DNA from: Mya arenaria
Taxonomy: Eukaryota
DNA length: 64,000 bases
Direction of reading: 5' to 3'
NCBI RefSeq assembly: GCF_026914265.1
Contig: NC_069127.1
Span: 1,745,682 to 1,809,681 of the forward strand
Positions 24,840 to 36,668 of this stretch are shown here, one piece after another (the stretch's first letter is position 1; each line of letters opens with the position of its first letter). The notes below the pieces were generated by a model. It was not told where the DNA came from. It was given only the letters and a program-made list of their open reading frames with translations, and did no database searches. The position numbers and the translations under genes are program-made.

Positions 24840-26400
24840 TGTAGGCTATCTCTTGGTTATCAGAGATGGGTATGAGGCCGTCATGAGAAACATCTGTATC
24901 TTTGGGTTATCAGAGCTGGGTATGAGGTCCCACAAACATCTGGGGTATAAGATTTGGATGAGGCAGCCAAAAACATCTGTGGTGTATAAGATCTGGATAT
25001 GAAGCAGCCATAAACATATGTGAGGTAAAAGATCTGTGTATGGAGAAGTCAGGAACAATTGTGGTGTGCAATTGTGAGTTGTCAGATCTAGATATGAAGG
25101 GACCAGGAACATCTGTGGGGTATATGATCTGGGTATGAGGCAGTAAGGAACATATGTGAGATAAAATATCTTAGTATAAGGCAGCCGTAAACATCTGTGG
25201 GGTATAAAATCTGAGTAAGAGCATCAATAAAGATCTGTTAGGTATAAGATCTGGGTATGAGGTAGCCATAAACATCAGTGGGGTATAAGATCTGGGTATA
25301 AACCAACCATAAACATCTGTGGAGTATAAGATCTTGGAATATAGGGAGCCATGAAAATGTGTGGAGCGTAAGAAAAGGGTATGAAGCAGCCTGAAACATC
25401 TGAGGGTTATAAGATCCGGGTATGATGCAGCAAGAAACATCTGAGGGGTATAACATCATGGTATGACGCAGCCAGAAACATCTGTGTGTGAGGTACAAGA
25501 TCCAGGTTTGAGGTGGCCAGAAACATCTGTGGTGTATAAGATCTGGGTATGAGGCAGGATTTTTTTTTTGTGGGGAATAATATCTGGGTATGAGGCAGCC
25601 AAAACCATCTGTGAGGTATGAGATCTGGGTATGAGGCAGCCATAAACTTCTGAGGGGTATAAGATCTGGGTATGAGGCAGCAAGAAACATCTGCGGGGTA
25701 TTACATCATGGTATTTAGCAGCCAAAAACATCGGTGGGGTATAAGATCTGGATATGAGGCAGCCAGAAACATCTGTGGGGTATAACAACATGGTATGACA
25801 CACCCAAAACATCTTTGGGGTATAAGATCCGGGTTTGAGGCAGCCAGTAACATCTGTGGTGTAAAAGATCTGGGTATCAGGTAGCCAGAAACACCTGTGG
25901 GGTATTATATCTGAGTATGACGCAGTCAGAAACATCTGTGGGGTATAAGATCTGGGTTTGAGGTGGCTAGAAACATCTTTAGTGTACAAGATCGGGGTAT
26001 GTCGCAGCAATAAACATCTGTGGAGTGATCTGGGTATGAGGCAGCCAGTAACATCTGAGGTGTATACTATCTGTTTATGAGGCAGCCAGTAACATCTGTG
26101 GTGTAAAGATCTGGGTATGAGGTAGCCAGAAACATCTGTGGTGTATAGGATCTGGGTATGAGGTAGCCAGAAACATCTGTGGTGTAAAGATCTGGGTATG
26201 AGGTAGCCAGTAACATCTGTGGTGTAAAGATCTGGGTATGAGGTAGCCAGAAACATCTGTGGTGTAAAGATCTGGGTATGAGGTAGCCAGAAACATCTGT
26301 GGTGTAAAGATCTGGGTATGAGGTAGCCAGAAACATCTGTGGTGTAAAGATCTGGGTATGAGGTAGCCAGAAACATCTGTGGTGTATAGGATCTGGGTAT
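24840..26400. repeat. 40-bp satellite (atctgggtatgaggtagccagaaacatctgtggtgtaaag), about 38 units
   Basis: Read directly from the sequence. The 317-aa minus-strand ORF here is a repeat artefact. Confidence 0.95.
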
Positions 26401-26892
26401 GAGGCCCATTACTCAGTATTTATTACCCATTACTTGTTCAGAATGGTCATTAATATTCCCATCATTCACATTCACAAGTTGTGAAGCAAGAAGAGAGAAG
26501 AGATCAGTTCAGTCCCATAATCAATAAGTTTCTTGTGCTCATTAATAGGGGTTTCCTGTTCATATTTGGTCTGATTTTGATATTGACAGTTCCAAATTTC
26601 ACTTGATTTGATGAAATGTATTTTTCAACCTGATAATCATGCAAGTGTTAGCCTTTTTCTCTTTGTAAAAAGTGTATTCTGGTGGACAACTTCTTAGGTC
26701 TAAATACTAAAAGATGATCTTATAAATAAATTCCAAGATAAGTATAAGTTTAGGATATTTCCTTTAAAATGTTAAGGTTAAGATATTTTACAAAAAACAG
26801 AAATCAATATTAAATTAAATTACAGCCAGATTTTTTACGTTCAAGTATGAATATCCCTTTTTGATAAACAATGTTGTTTTCTTTTTTTCTAG

Positions 26893-27729
26893 CAGAAGAT
26901 GCTTTAGATACAACCAAATCTAAAATGAATTTTGGAGAAAAACAGACTGCCATCACAGCTTCTTTTGCACACAAAATTGATGCTCAGGATGAAAGCAAGC
27001 AAGGACCTCCAGCAGTTTCATGGAGAAAAGTTGGTGAACCAAGATATCACTCAACAACAGCAGTATTGGGGAAGAATTCTGCATTTGAATTTGGGCTTCA
27101 ACAAACGCTCATGGAAAGAACAAGTTACAAACCACAGGCTTTTGGAGAAATTTGTTCAGCACCACCACCGCCACCTTTCCCTCAACAGGGAGGCTACTTT
27201 AGGCCCTACAGTCAACAATCTAGTAACCTTGCTTCCAATGGGCGTCATGCAACACTACAGTTCACGCAAAATGCAGAGCTTCCACCTCCAGGAGCACCGC
27301 CTCCTCCAGGTGCGCCTCTGGCTCCACATTTCCGTGCTAAGGTGCTTGCACCACCTCCACCTCCAGGTGCACCACCTTCTCCTCCAGTTGAGCCTCTGGC
27401 TCCACCTATCCATGCTAGGCCCCCTGCACCACCTCTACCTCCAGGTGCACCGCCTTCTTCTCCAGGTGTGTTTCTGGCTCAACCTCTCTCTGTGAAGGCC
27501 CCCGCACCACCTCCACCTCGACGTGCACTATCCAAAAGTCTGGCTCCACCTCTCCCTGCCAGGGCAGCTGCACCACCTCCCACTCGAGGTGCCCCTTCCC
27601 CAACTCTAGGTGCATCTCTGCGCCAAGCTCTCTCAACTGGGACCCCGGCACCACCTCCTACTGGACCTGCTGGCTTGAAAGCTCCACCTCTACAAAAATT
27701 TGCTTCCTGTTCTGTAGTCTCTTACGAAC
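26893..27729 (+). CDS. Large coding exon for a proline-rich, internally repetitive (FH1/WASP-like polyproline) protein segment
   Basis: 279-codon open frame in AT-rich DNA, acceptor ttttctag and donor gtaagt. It contains repeated PPPGAPPxPP(V/L)xPLAPP blocks. Phase: needs 2 nt in, leaves 1 nt out. Confidence 0.55.
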
Positions 27730-28129
27730 GTAAGTGTCTACATTTTTATGATTTGTTTTCTTAAAAGAAATTAGAAAATCAAATTCATCACATAAATAAT
27801 GCATTGAGGCCTAAACATACAACACAGTATGTCTTAATGATTTATAATTTTTATTTGAAGTAGCAAAATGCTTATGACATCATTCTGTTCATCATGTTTT
27901 AAGTAATGTTGCAATGTTGACCTGGTCAATATGGTTAAAATCATTAGAAATGTACCTGCAACCAGTCGTGTAGATCTTTGTTCAGTTTTCCACTGGTTAT
28001 CTTTTGGCTAGCTCATTAAAACAATTTGATTGGTAAGTAGTAAATATTAGATATATATTGACCAATCAATAAACAATTTTGATAGTTTTGACGAAACCGA
28101 AAACTTAAAACAGTTTTAAACAATTGGCC

Positions 28130-28600
28130 CAAGGGGATCAGTGTGTGTATACCACGTGATAAATTACGTCATAAATGCTAGGTCGGAGGGCAATATTTTG
28201 CTTAAAATGATGAGTAAAATCTAAGATAACTTTTCTTTACTACACCAATGAAACAAAGGGCAGTCTATGCCATTTAAAGAGCCCCGCCTTCGTTTTATTA
28301 CTGGAGTTTGGTAACGTGATTTAAGTTTCATCAAACACACGAAAAACCTGTTTTCAAAATAATGGTTTGATAGTACGCCGTCAGACGGGCGTACTGTGGA
28401 AAGGTTTGTTGAAGTGTTTTAAGAAACTATACTCTCAATCAAACTCTGGTAAAAGACCGAAGGCGGGGCTCCGTAAGTGACATAGACTGCGCTTTGTTTC
28501 ATTTAAAATGGTGAAGAAATAGGAAAGTTATCTTTATTTAAAGTCTTCATTCGAAGCAAAATGTTGCCTTCCAACACACAATTTATCACATGGTATACAC
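28130..28600. mobile_element. Foldback element of about 470 bp, with arms of about 155 bp and termini CAGTGTGTGTATACCAC...GTGGTATACACACACTG
   Basis: Left and right arms are reverse complements at roughly 85-90% identity. A small perfect palindrome (tacgccgtcagacgggcgta) sits in the centre. A second copy lies at 50090-50560. Confidence 0.7.
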
Positions 28601-28946
28601 ACACTGGGCATGGTGGATTTCAGTCAGTGGCAATTTTTGCCATGTTTTGGATATAGAAACATTCAGGTGACTGATGTGCAATAATTGCTAAAAACAGTTT
28701 ATGGATTTTAGTTTTGTTAAGGATTTGGTAAGAAATCAATTAAAAAGAACCCCACAAATTCTTCCTATTCCTACCAGTTCGTTGTTTTTTATCTTTAGAT
28801 AACAGAAACCAATTCGATGTTGGTTATAAGTATTTGCATGCTACCAAGAAATAATTATTTTCTCTGTGTGCCTTGAACAAAGTAAACTACTACATCCATC
28901 AATTTCTTTTTATGATCATTCTATGATTATTTCTGCACGTTAACAG

Positions 28947-29010
28947 CAAAGGCTGCAGTCATGGGTGGGGGAGCTGGAGTAATACCATTGTCATCGAAGG
29001 CTATACCGAG
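28947..29010 (+). CDS. Candidate small exon (..KAAVMGGGAGVIPLSSKAIP..)
   Basis: Acceptor cgttaacag and donor gtaggt. Open frame. Its phase chains with the 26.9 kb and 29.6 kb exons. Confidence 0.2.
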
Positions 29011-29249
29011 GTAGGTCATGTATTCATGCATATGATAGGAAAAGTACAAAAAAATGCCTGACTGTTGGTTAAGTGGAAAATCATGAGTAAGAAATGGTTT
29101 AAAAATCACACACCATATTAATTTTAAAGATTTATCACATTTTTTTCTTGCATTAATGCTGTATGAATGCATGCAGTAGGGCACATGAGCAAATTCAATT
29201 ATGTGCCAATACTTTTATTTACATTCTTAATAAATATTTATTATGATAA

Positions 29250-29470
29250 GCAAATTAGCAGTATCTTCTGCAATTGATATTGTAACCATAATTAGTGTTG
29301 TCGATGCTGGCAGTGGTCATTAATGTTTTGTCAATAGAAAGACTTGAATACTTTAAACTATGTATTGTTGTCGATGCAGGCAGTGGACATTTATGTTTTA
29401 TCAGTGGAAAATTTTGAATACTAAATGTAGTGTCATGGATGTTGGCTGCAGACATTTATGTTTTGTCACT
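29250..29470. repeat. Tandem repeat of about 65 bp, 3 units (tgttgtcgatgcWggcagtggWcatttatgttttRtca...)
   Basis: Read directly from the sequence. Confidence 0.8.
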
Positions 29471-29593
29471 AGATAGACATAAATGCTAAATAGACAGATA
29501 GAACATCAGCCATTATAGCCATATATTTACCTTTATTAATATGCATGTAAGATATATGTATTGAACTCATTTGTATGCTTATTTTTAATGCAG

Positions 29594-29679
29594 AGATAGG
29601 GAGAAAGTTGAATCCCAAACGAGGAAATATAAACCCAATGAGAGGATGGCACTTGCACATAAACTGACAAGTACAGCAG
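29594..29679 (+). CDS. Candidate small exon (..DREKVESQTRKYKPNERMALAHKLTSTA..)
   Basis: Acceptor tttttaatgcag and donor gtatat. Open frame. It leaves 1 nt, which matches the phase needed by the first Hsp70-like exon. Confidence 0.2.
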
Positions 29680-29799
29680 GTATATAAGGCTTAAGTACAT
29701 GTAGGTGTTTTTCAAAACCCCAAATTATAACAAGTGGGGTTTTAAATTGTTGACATGCATTTTTTTATAGACCACAACTGTTCTCTAAGATCTGTACAT

Positions 29800-31150
29800 T
29801 AAGGAATCAATTGACATGGCTATTAATACTGGTTAATCGATATCATACTTGTTGGGGACTTCAACCTTAATGCCTCTCCGCAAATTTCTAATGCCACATT
29901 GTGTCGAGAGTATGGTCTCACTCAATGTAAATGAGCCAACTCATTTCACAGAATCTCATCGTCTATAATTGACTAGTATTTCTGAAAAACACTAGATACT
30001 TCTAAGAGGTGTTGTGATCCTTTTTGTCGACCAATGAGTCTTTTTTCATTGCCCAGCATATGTGGTTGTTTTCTTCAAATTTTGTAAACCTAAACACATA
30101 TTGGAAGTGATAATGATAATCTCAAAACAGTTACAATGCCTCCTTCTTCCTCTCAATCATACAGCTTAACAGCTCTGATATAAAACCTCCACTATATTCT
30201 CTGCCATTTGGAAAGGCTGTTGGGCCAGTTACATTAAACAATAGAATCTTAAAAGAACTCTGTCATGCTGGCTCACCCACTCTGTGATCTTTTCTACTTT
30301 TCACTCTCAATATCTGCTTTTCCAGAATCATGGAAAGTTGCTAATGTTTGTAATGTTAGGGCTTCTAAAAACTGACAGTTTGCCTGTCTGGACCGATTTT
30401 GACTATGCTGGAACGATTTCAGGAATGGAATCAGTCCAAACATGTGGTAGATCACAGGAGATACATTTTGCTGACTACGTAATGCAAATATTTTGGACAT
30501 TGTTTGCCGTGTTATTTTGATCATGTCCGAAATAAACCTTACTTTTTTATAGGCTTTGTGTATATACAGACTAAATGGCAGGTTTCAATACACATTTCAT
30601 TAATTGTTACATGAATTTATCTGCAATTATCAATGCTTATTTATTACGCCTAATGTCAGTCCCATCAACTGCAATCCAAACAAACTACTTGCGAATGTTT
30701 AACTTATTAACACATGTATTGAAATGTGTCATATGTGTCGGCTGCAAATCAAATGATACACTTTGTGATGTCAAAACACAAGCAGTGTAGAGATTAAAGG
30801 CGCGTGGCAATTTATATATTTAAATCAGTCAATCGTACACCGTATGATTCCATTTAACTCGAAGCTGGTTAACCAACTAACCATGTGTACCATGTGTGCG
30901 TCTAGATTGGTTAGAATATACCATGCGTGTTGTTTTCTGCGACATTGGTTAAGCATTTGACCATGTTTGCCATGCAACCCTACTGTCTTTTTAACATGTC
31001 AATGATTTCTGTGAAAATATGTTTTGTTTGCTTTGTAGCCAACTACAAAATAGATAACATAATTATAAAGTGTTGGACTTCATCCCTTCATCCTATTAAA
31101 GCAGGTGTATCACAAGGTTCAATTTTAGGTCATTTTTTCACTCCATGATT
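29800..31150 (+). pseudogene. Degraded non-LTR retrotransposon (LINE) fragment covering the endonuclease C-terminus and RT N-terminus
   Basis: Frameshifted pieces. ILVGDFNLN is an APE-endonuclease motif. FPESWKVANV is the RT domain-0 motif. AGVSQGSILGHFF is the RT GxxQGSxLxP motif. No frame is continuous. Confidence 0.5.
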
Positions 31151-31760
31151 ATAATTTTTTATACAGTATAACCCTTTTGAATTTTCATATATGTTTTTCA
31201 TTAAAATATCATTATATTTGATCAGCTCCATTTATAGGACATAAGCATATATAACATAATTTAAAACACTTTTGAACGCACTTATCCTTATAGACAAACA
31301 AATAAGATACACTTAACTGCTTTCTACAGCAGCAGATGATCTTTTTAAACTTTTAGCTTCGAATTAAAGTCTTAAATATTTAATATGAAATATTTTTTGT
31401 CATGAAATAGATATTTAATATGAAATATTTTTTGTCATGAAATAGATATACTTAAACCAAGGATTTCTACACATGCTATATGGGGCAAAGAAACTTAATC
31501 TGTTTCAACTAAAATTCATATATTACCATGACAGATCTCATAATATAAGAATGTTGAGAAATACCTTTTTCATTGGCCATTTCAGTGAAGTTTATTGTGA
31601 AAAAGATTATCAATTATTATGTTTACAATTATAAACCAGATATTGTTTACACTTTATCATTGTTACATTTAAATTCAATTATAATCTTCATCATCTTTCC
31701 TTTCAAGACAAAAGAATGAATAAAAAGATATTGTCATAATGACATGCTGTACTGTTGAAG

Positions 31761-31946
31761 ATTCAAGAGAGAAATCGGCTCAGCTGCTGTTGTTGGATGT
31801 AACGCCGTTGTCCCTGGGGGTTGAGGTGATGGGCGGGGTCATGCGTGTCATTATACCAAGAAATAGCACCATCCCGACTAAGAAGAATTTGATGTTCTAC
31901 CCTCCTAATGACAGCAATGGGGAAGTTGTAGTGAATGTTTATGAAG
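31761..31946 (+). CDS. Hsp70-family protein, substrate-binding-domain exon A (start uncertain between 31728 and 31761)
   Basis: Translation ..[63 protein letters not shown] aligns with the Hsp70 linker and SBD-beta (DLLLLDVAPLSLGIETAGGVMT.LIKRNTTIPTK...VLIQVYEGER). Donor gttagt. An in-frame stop at 31721 limits the 5' extent. Confidence 0.6.
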
Positions 31947-32222
31947 GTTAGTGTTTGATTCTATATGGTCAATAATGATTGTTATCTAAACATTTTGCCG
32001 ACTTTGTAACAATTTTTTATAACTACTAAAATAGCAAGAAATTAATAGGGAAGTATATATATTGAACAAACCAACCTTTCCCAGAAAATGACCTGACACG
32101 CTTTGCAATCTCCAAACTACACTGCACATTATAGTCATTAATTGTAGTCTATTTTAACTGGTCTTCAATTTGAATACTGTTAGTATTTAGATATTTATTA
32201 TGGTGTTGTTCCTCACTTTCAG

Positions 32223-32408
32223 GAGAGCGCCCACATGTTGTGGACAACCACCATCTCGGCGTTGTAAAGCTTGCTGTTTCCACACCAAGAACGTCTGCAC
32301 CAACTATAAATGTTACGTTTGACATAGATGCAAATGGAATTTTGCGTGTTACAGTTATGGATACAGTTTTGAACACCGTTAACAGTATCCAAATAGCAAA
32401 TGAACAAG
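32223..32408 (+). CDS. Hsp70-family protein, SBD exon B
   Basis: [46 protein letters not shown]...IQIANEQG matches Hsp70 [45 protein letters not shown]...ITITNDKG. Acceptor cctcactttcag and donor gtattg. The phase joins exon A as YEG|ER. Confidence 0.65.
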
Positions 32409-32764
32409 GTATTGTAAATAATTCATATACATTACTATGTGTACATAATATACTATTCCTATATGCTTCTTTCATATTAAGAGTTCCATGAATCACTTTT
32501 TCAAGACTCTGTGCTACATGGGTGTACTTAATCATATGTTTTTGATCCCAAAACATCAAATTACATGTCAGCCATGTGGTCATGATCTTTGTGAATGAAC
32601 ATTAGAGTCTTCTTTGTAAAAACTGATTTGGCTAATAATCATGCTCATCAACAGAAAGTATCATGCAGTATTCATCATTGTATGATTTCACAACAATTTC
32701 TTTTTTACACAATTTAAACAAGTACAACATTGTAAATTAAGTATGTACCGGTATGGTGTTTTAG

Positions 32765-32887
32765 GTCGACTGAGTCGAGAAGAGATTGAGAGGCAGGTGG
32801 GTGGATCGGAACAGTCAAAAGAACTTGATGATACAGTTTGGAAAGCAAACAAGACAAACATGACCTTACCATCACCATATAAAGGAG
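32765..32887 (+). CDS. Hsp70-family protein, exon C (GRLSREEIERQV...)
   Basis: GRLSREEIERQVGGSEQSKELDD matches Hsp70 GRLSKE(E/D)IERMVQEAEKYKAEDE. Acceptor gtgttttag and donor gtaata. The phase is consistent with exons B and D. Confidence 0.6.
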
Positions 32888-33033
32888 GTAATAAAATAAT
32901 ATTATTACCAATACAAAGAATTGCAAAAAGCCCCCAGCTCAGTTACTTTAATAGCAATGTAAAGTAATCATTGTTGTATGGATATTGTATCATTGTGTTT
33001 ATTTACTAAACAGTCTTGTTTTTTGTTCTTCAG

Positions 33034-33146
33034 AAGAGGTTCACCTCGAGGAATATGGAATAGGAGTGTCTTTTAGTACATGTGTCTCGGGAAAGTCATC
33101 CTTGACTCTTGCAAATATCACACGATTGTTGCAATTACAAAACAAG
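33034..33146 (+). CDS. Hsp70-family protein, exon D (divergent lid region)
   Basis: Open frame EEVHLEEYGIGVSFSTCVSGKSSLTLANITRLLQLQNK. Acceptor ttttttgttcttcag and donor gttagc. Phase consistent. Confidence 0.45.
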
Positions 33147-33626
33147 GTTAGCCTGTAAAGCATTTCTACAGATGTTTGTGCTTTAAAACTAACTGCAACA
33201 AGCAGACATTGGTTTTGTAGCAGAAGGGACATATGTGGGAAATACTGTGTCAATATTTTATTATATGTGACTATAATTAGATTGGCTGCCCCCATGGTCT
33301 GGCAGTTTTAAAGGTCATTGTTACTTCAAGGTCATTTCCATACCTATACTCTGTTTGCTATATATAATCAAAATATACATGAATGATAGTATTGTTACTT
33401 ACAAATCAATGTACACAAGCTTATAAACAGTTTGATAGTAATTTACATATTTTTGTAAGAACAATTTATAAAATTAAGCCCCTGGGAACACAAATTGATT
33501 ACAATTTTGTTGTGGTTTTGAAAGTAACTGAGAATAGGCTTATATGTTGTTAGACATTTTTGTAACATAAGTAATGTTTTGTAATATTGTAGTTAAACTA
33601 TTCTCCAATATGGTATTAATTTTCAG

Positions 33627-33726
33627 GAAGGATATTGGACTTTCACTCCAGAACTTGAGAAAATAATTGGAATTAACTTCTCTGTTTGTGAAAGGGTATT
33701 GAAAAATGCAGGACTTTCCTCACTTG
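33627..33726 (+). CDS. Hsp70-family protein, exon E
   Basis: Open frame EGYWTFTPELEKIIGINFSVCERVLKNAGLSSL. Acceptor ttaattttcag and donor gtaagt. Phase consistent. Confidence 0.45.
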
Positions 33727-33759
33727 GTAAGTTGCATAATAGTACATTCAGGTATGATT

Positions 33760-34870
33760 GTTACAATTGAAGGTAATTTTGCCAATGTAGCAGTTGAAAG
33801 TTCACTGTGTTGGATAATTTGCTAATGTTACTAGGTACTAGTATAGGTTCAATTGCCAATGTTACAATTAAATGTTAACTGTATGGTATAAGTTACCAAC
33901 AATACTAGTATAGATCCAATTGCAAGCAATTGAAGGTTTACTCACTGTAGGATACAAGATACAAGAATCTTTATTTCAAGTCGGGTGTATGTTAACAAGA
34001 AACATTAGCTCATTGAGCTATATTTTCCGACACAAATAACAGACATACAAAACATATCAAATAAAAATAACAATGAGCTTGTGACCTGGAAATTAATAAA
34101 TGGATCATTTGCCAATGTAACTAATTTACTGGTAGGTCCCATTGCCAATACAGCAATTCAGGTTTACTGTGTAGAATCACTTGCCAATTTAACTTTTTAA
34201 GTTTAGGGTCAATTGCCAATACAGCCATTAAGATTTACCGTGTAGAATCACTCGCCAATATAACTTTTTAAGTAAATGTTCAATTGCCAATACAGCAATT
34301 AAGGTTTACTGTGTAGAATCACTTGCCAATATAACTAGTAAAGGTCCAATTGCCAATACAGCAATTAAGGTTTACTGTGTAGAATCACTTGCCAATATAA
34401 CTAGTAAAAGTCCAATTGCCAATACAGCAATTGAGGGTTACTGTGTAGAATCACTTGCCAATATAACTAGTAAAGGCCCAATTGCCAATTCAGCAATTAA
34501 GGGTTACTGTGTAGAATCACTTGCCAATATAACTAGTAAAGGTCCAATTGCCAATTCAGCAATTAAGGTTTACTGTGTAGAATGACTTGCCAATCTAACA
34601 AGTAAAGGTCCAATTGCCAATTCAGCAATTAAAGTTTACTGTGTACTATCACTTGCCAATATAACTAGTTAAGGTCCAATTGCCAATTCATCAATTAAAG
34701 TTTACTGTGTAGAATGACTTGCCAATCTAACAAGTAAAGGTCCAATTGCCAATACAGCAGTTAAGGTTTATGTGAAGATTGTAGAAACACTTGCCAATGT
34801 CACTAGTAAAGGTCCAGTTGCCAATGTTACTACCTAGTAAAAATGTTTACTGCATCTGATCAGTTGCCAA
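33760..34870. repeat. Satellite of about 63 bp (ccaattgccaatacagcaattaaggtttactgtgtagaatcacttgccaatataactagtaaaggt), about 17 units, inside an intron of the Hsp70-like gene
   Basis: Read directly from the sequence. It lies between exons E and the terminal exon. Confidence 0.9.
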
Positions 34871-35219
34871 TTTAACAAGTATACATGTAGGTCCTATTGC
34901 CGAAGGTTCAATTGATGAAGTCATTCTTAGCTTGTCTTTTTAAAGAATAAGGAGGCTAAACTTCTTGCGTCTGAATCAGTGTCTGTATTGGCATCTGATT
35001 AAAGTTTTTGGGCAAGTTGGTATTTTCACTTATAACCCTAATACCCTTCATTCAATTTACTTAATACTTCACACAGTTAATACGATCACACAATGAGTAT
35101 ACACAACTCCATATCAATCCTAAATACAATTTATAACCTTTGAATATTTTTTTCTCACTTTTTTGGCTTTTGACAGGCACATTTTTATGGTTTTAACCAG
35201 TTTTTCACAAAGTGAATCC

Positions 35220-35830
35220 TGGTTATTAGAATGATGTACGTCTTTGTTTGAGTGGGCCAGCAGCGTCAAACTCAACTATGGTATGAAATATTTAATTTTG
35301 TTAGAATTGACATAAAGTGACCAAACTTGGTATGTAGGAAGAATTCATGGAGAACCTTCATGGAAAACGTTTGGGTCCGCTAGGGTCAAAGTGAATCCCA
35401 CTGTTACTTAAATTAGGAAAATGGTTGATACTGATTAACTTTAGTCAGGGTTGACATATAGTGACCAAACTTGATATATAGGAAGAGTTTATAGAGACCT
35501 TTCATAGGATTGTGTTTGGGGCTCGAGAGTCATGGTCAAGGGAAAGGTCACCATTCTAAAAATAGAAAAATGGTCAGTACTGCATATCTTTAGTTATGTG
35601 TCCAATAAAGAGTTTATGGAAACCTTTCATGGGATCGGGTTTTGGGCCCATAGGATCAACATCACTGTAACTAAAACTGGAAAAGCGTTTGATACTGAAT
35701 AACTTTAGTTAGGGTTGTCACATTGCACTCAGCTTGATTTACAGAAAAAGTAGATGGAGGACTTCCATGGATTGCATTTGGGGCCCCTAAAATGAAGGTC
35801 AAGGTCACTGTCTTTAAAAATAGAAGAAAA
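35220..35830. repeat. Tandem repeat of about 190 bp, about 3.3 units, related to the ggtcaaggtcac...aaaaatagaaaaa repeats
   Basis: Units at about 35220, 35410 and 35600 share ttgacatatagtgaccaaacttg, ggtcaaggtcac and ttctaaaaatagaaaaatggt blocks. Confidence 0.7.
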
Positions 35831-36264
35831 ACAACAACAGTTGAAACTGAATCTCACAACAAAGTCTGTAGATCTTCTGTCAATCATTGAATACCTGGTC
35901 GCAATGCTGAGTTTCTTGATTACTTTTTAACTTGACTTTTTTATTCCTTTTGACAGGGAAATAATACAGCATTATCGTATGTATTTCTAAGACAAAGCAG
36001 CTTATAGTCGAGCGCGCTGTCCTACAACAGCTCTGATTTTGTCAATGCTGTCATATAATCATTATTTTGAAAAATGTCACATGTTCTTTTTATTGAAATA
36101 ATTATACCATTATATATCATACAGTAGTAGTTTCAGACAGCATGTCAAACAGAGAACGAACTTTGTAAGATAAAAAAATGTTTTTTCATTTGTTAAATCT
36201 GATTATTATATACATGTGTAGTATATAATAGGTGAAACTTTATTTTTGTTTGTATGCTTTTTAG

Positions 36265-36668
36265 GTTCCAAAGTCGGTGAGGAGATAAAGAGTCTGTTGT
36301 TGACGGTTATGGTCGGGCTGTGTGTACTCCAACTTCTCATCCCAGAGTTCTTTCCCAGCTCTTTCTCCAGGGAACTCCAACAAGCCTTACACGAGAAGTT
36401 GAAAACACGCCTCAGTGAGCTCGTCCACACAAATCAGATCACCAATGAGCAAGCTGGTGAGCTAGCACAAAGCCTGGAGCACTCTTTGGCGTATGGTAAT
36501 GAAGTCTACGAGAAATATCCAATGGTTTGTTCCATTTTGGAGCTTGGAACCTCATGGGGAGCTATTGGGGGGAAATTTCTTGGATTGTATAAGGAGGACA
36601 TGCCAAAAAGCATTACACAATCAACCATAAAGGAACAAACAACGTCAAGACATGAAACATTTGTTTAA
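36265..36668 (+). CDS. Terminal coding exon of the Hsp70-like gene, ending at TAA 36666-36668; C-terminal region not Hsp70-like
   Basis: 134-codon open frame after acceptor tgctttttag. The incoming phase matches exon E. It contains a hydrophobic stretch LLLTVMVGLCVLQLLIPEFF. The following DNA is AT-rich and looks like 3' UTR. Confidence 0.45.

Noticed and set aside
3236-26400. Possibility that the regular tandem arrays are CRISPR arrays
   Set aside because: The units are contiguous with no unique spacers. The rest of the window has spliceosomal introns and eukaryotic transposons. These are satellites, not CRISPR.
25171-26409. Minus-strand ORFs of 317 aa and 150 aa
   Set aside because: They lie wholly within the 40-bp satellite. 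The translation is a periodic repeat (IPRSYTPQMFLATSYPDLYTTDVSGYL...). Not coding.
26932-27495. 187-aa alternative-frame ORF inside the proline-rich exon
   Set aside because: Same strand, but the frame is not supported by the flanking splice sites. It is the usual shadow ORF in GC-rich repetitive coding DNA. The frame encoding the PPPPGAP repeats is the one bounded by the acceptor and donor.
32149-32583. 144-aa minus-strand ORF
   Set aside because: It overlaps Hsp70-like exon B on the opposite strand. The plus-strand reading has clear Hsp70 homology and the minus one has none.
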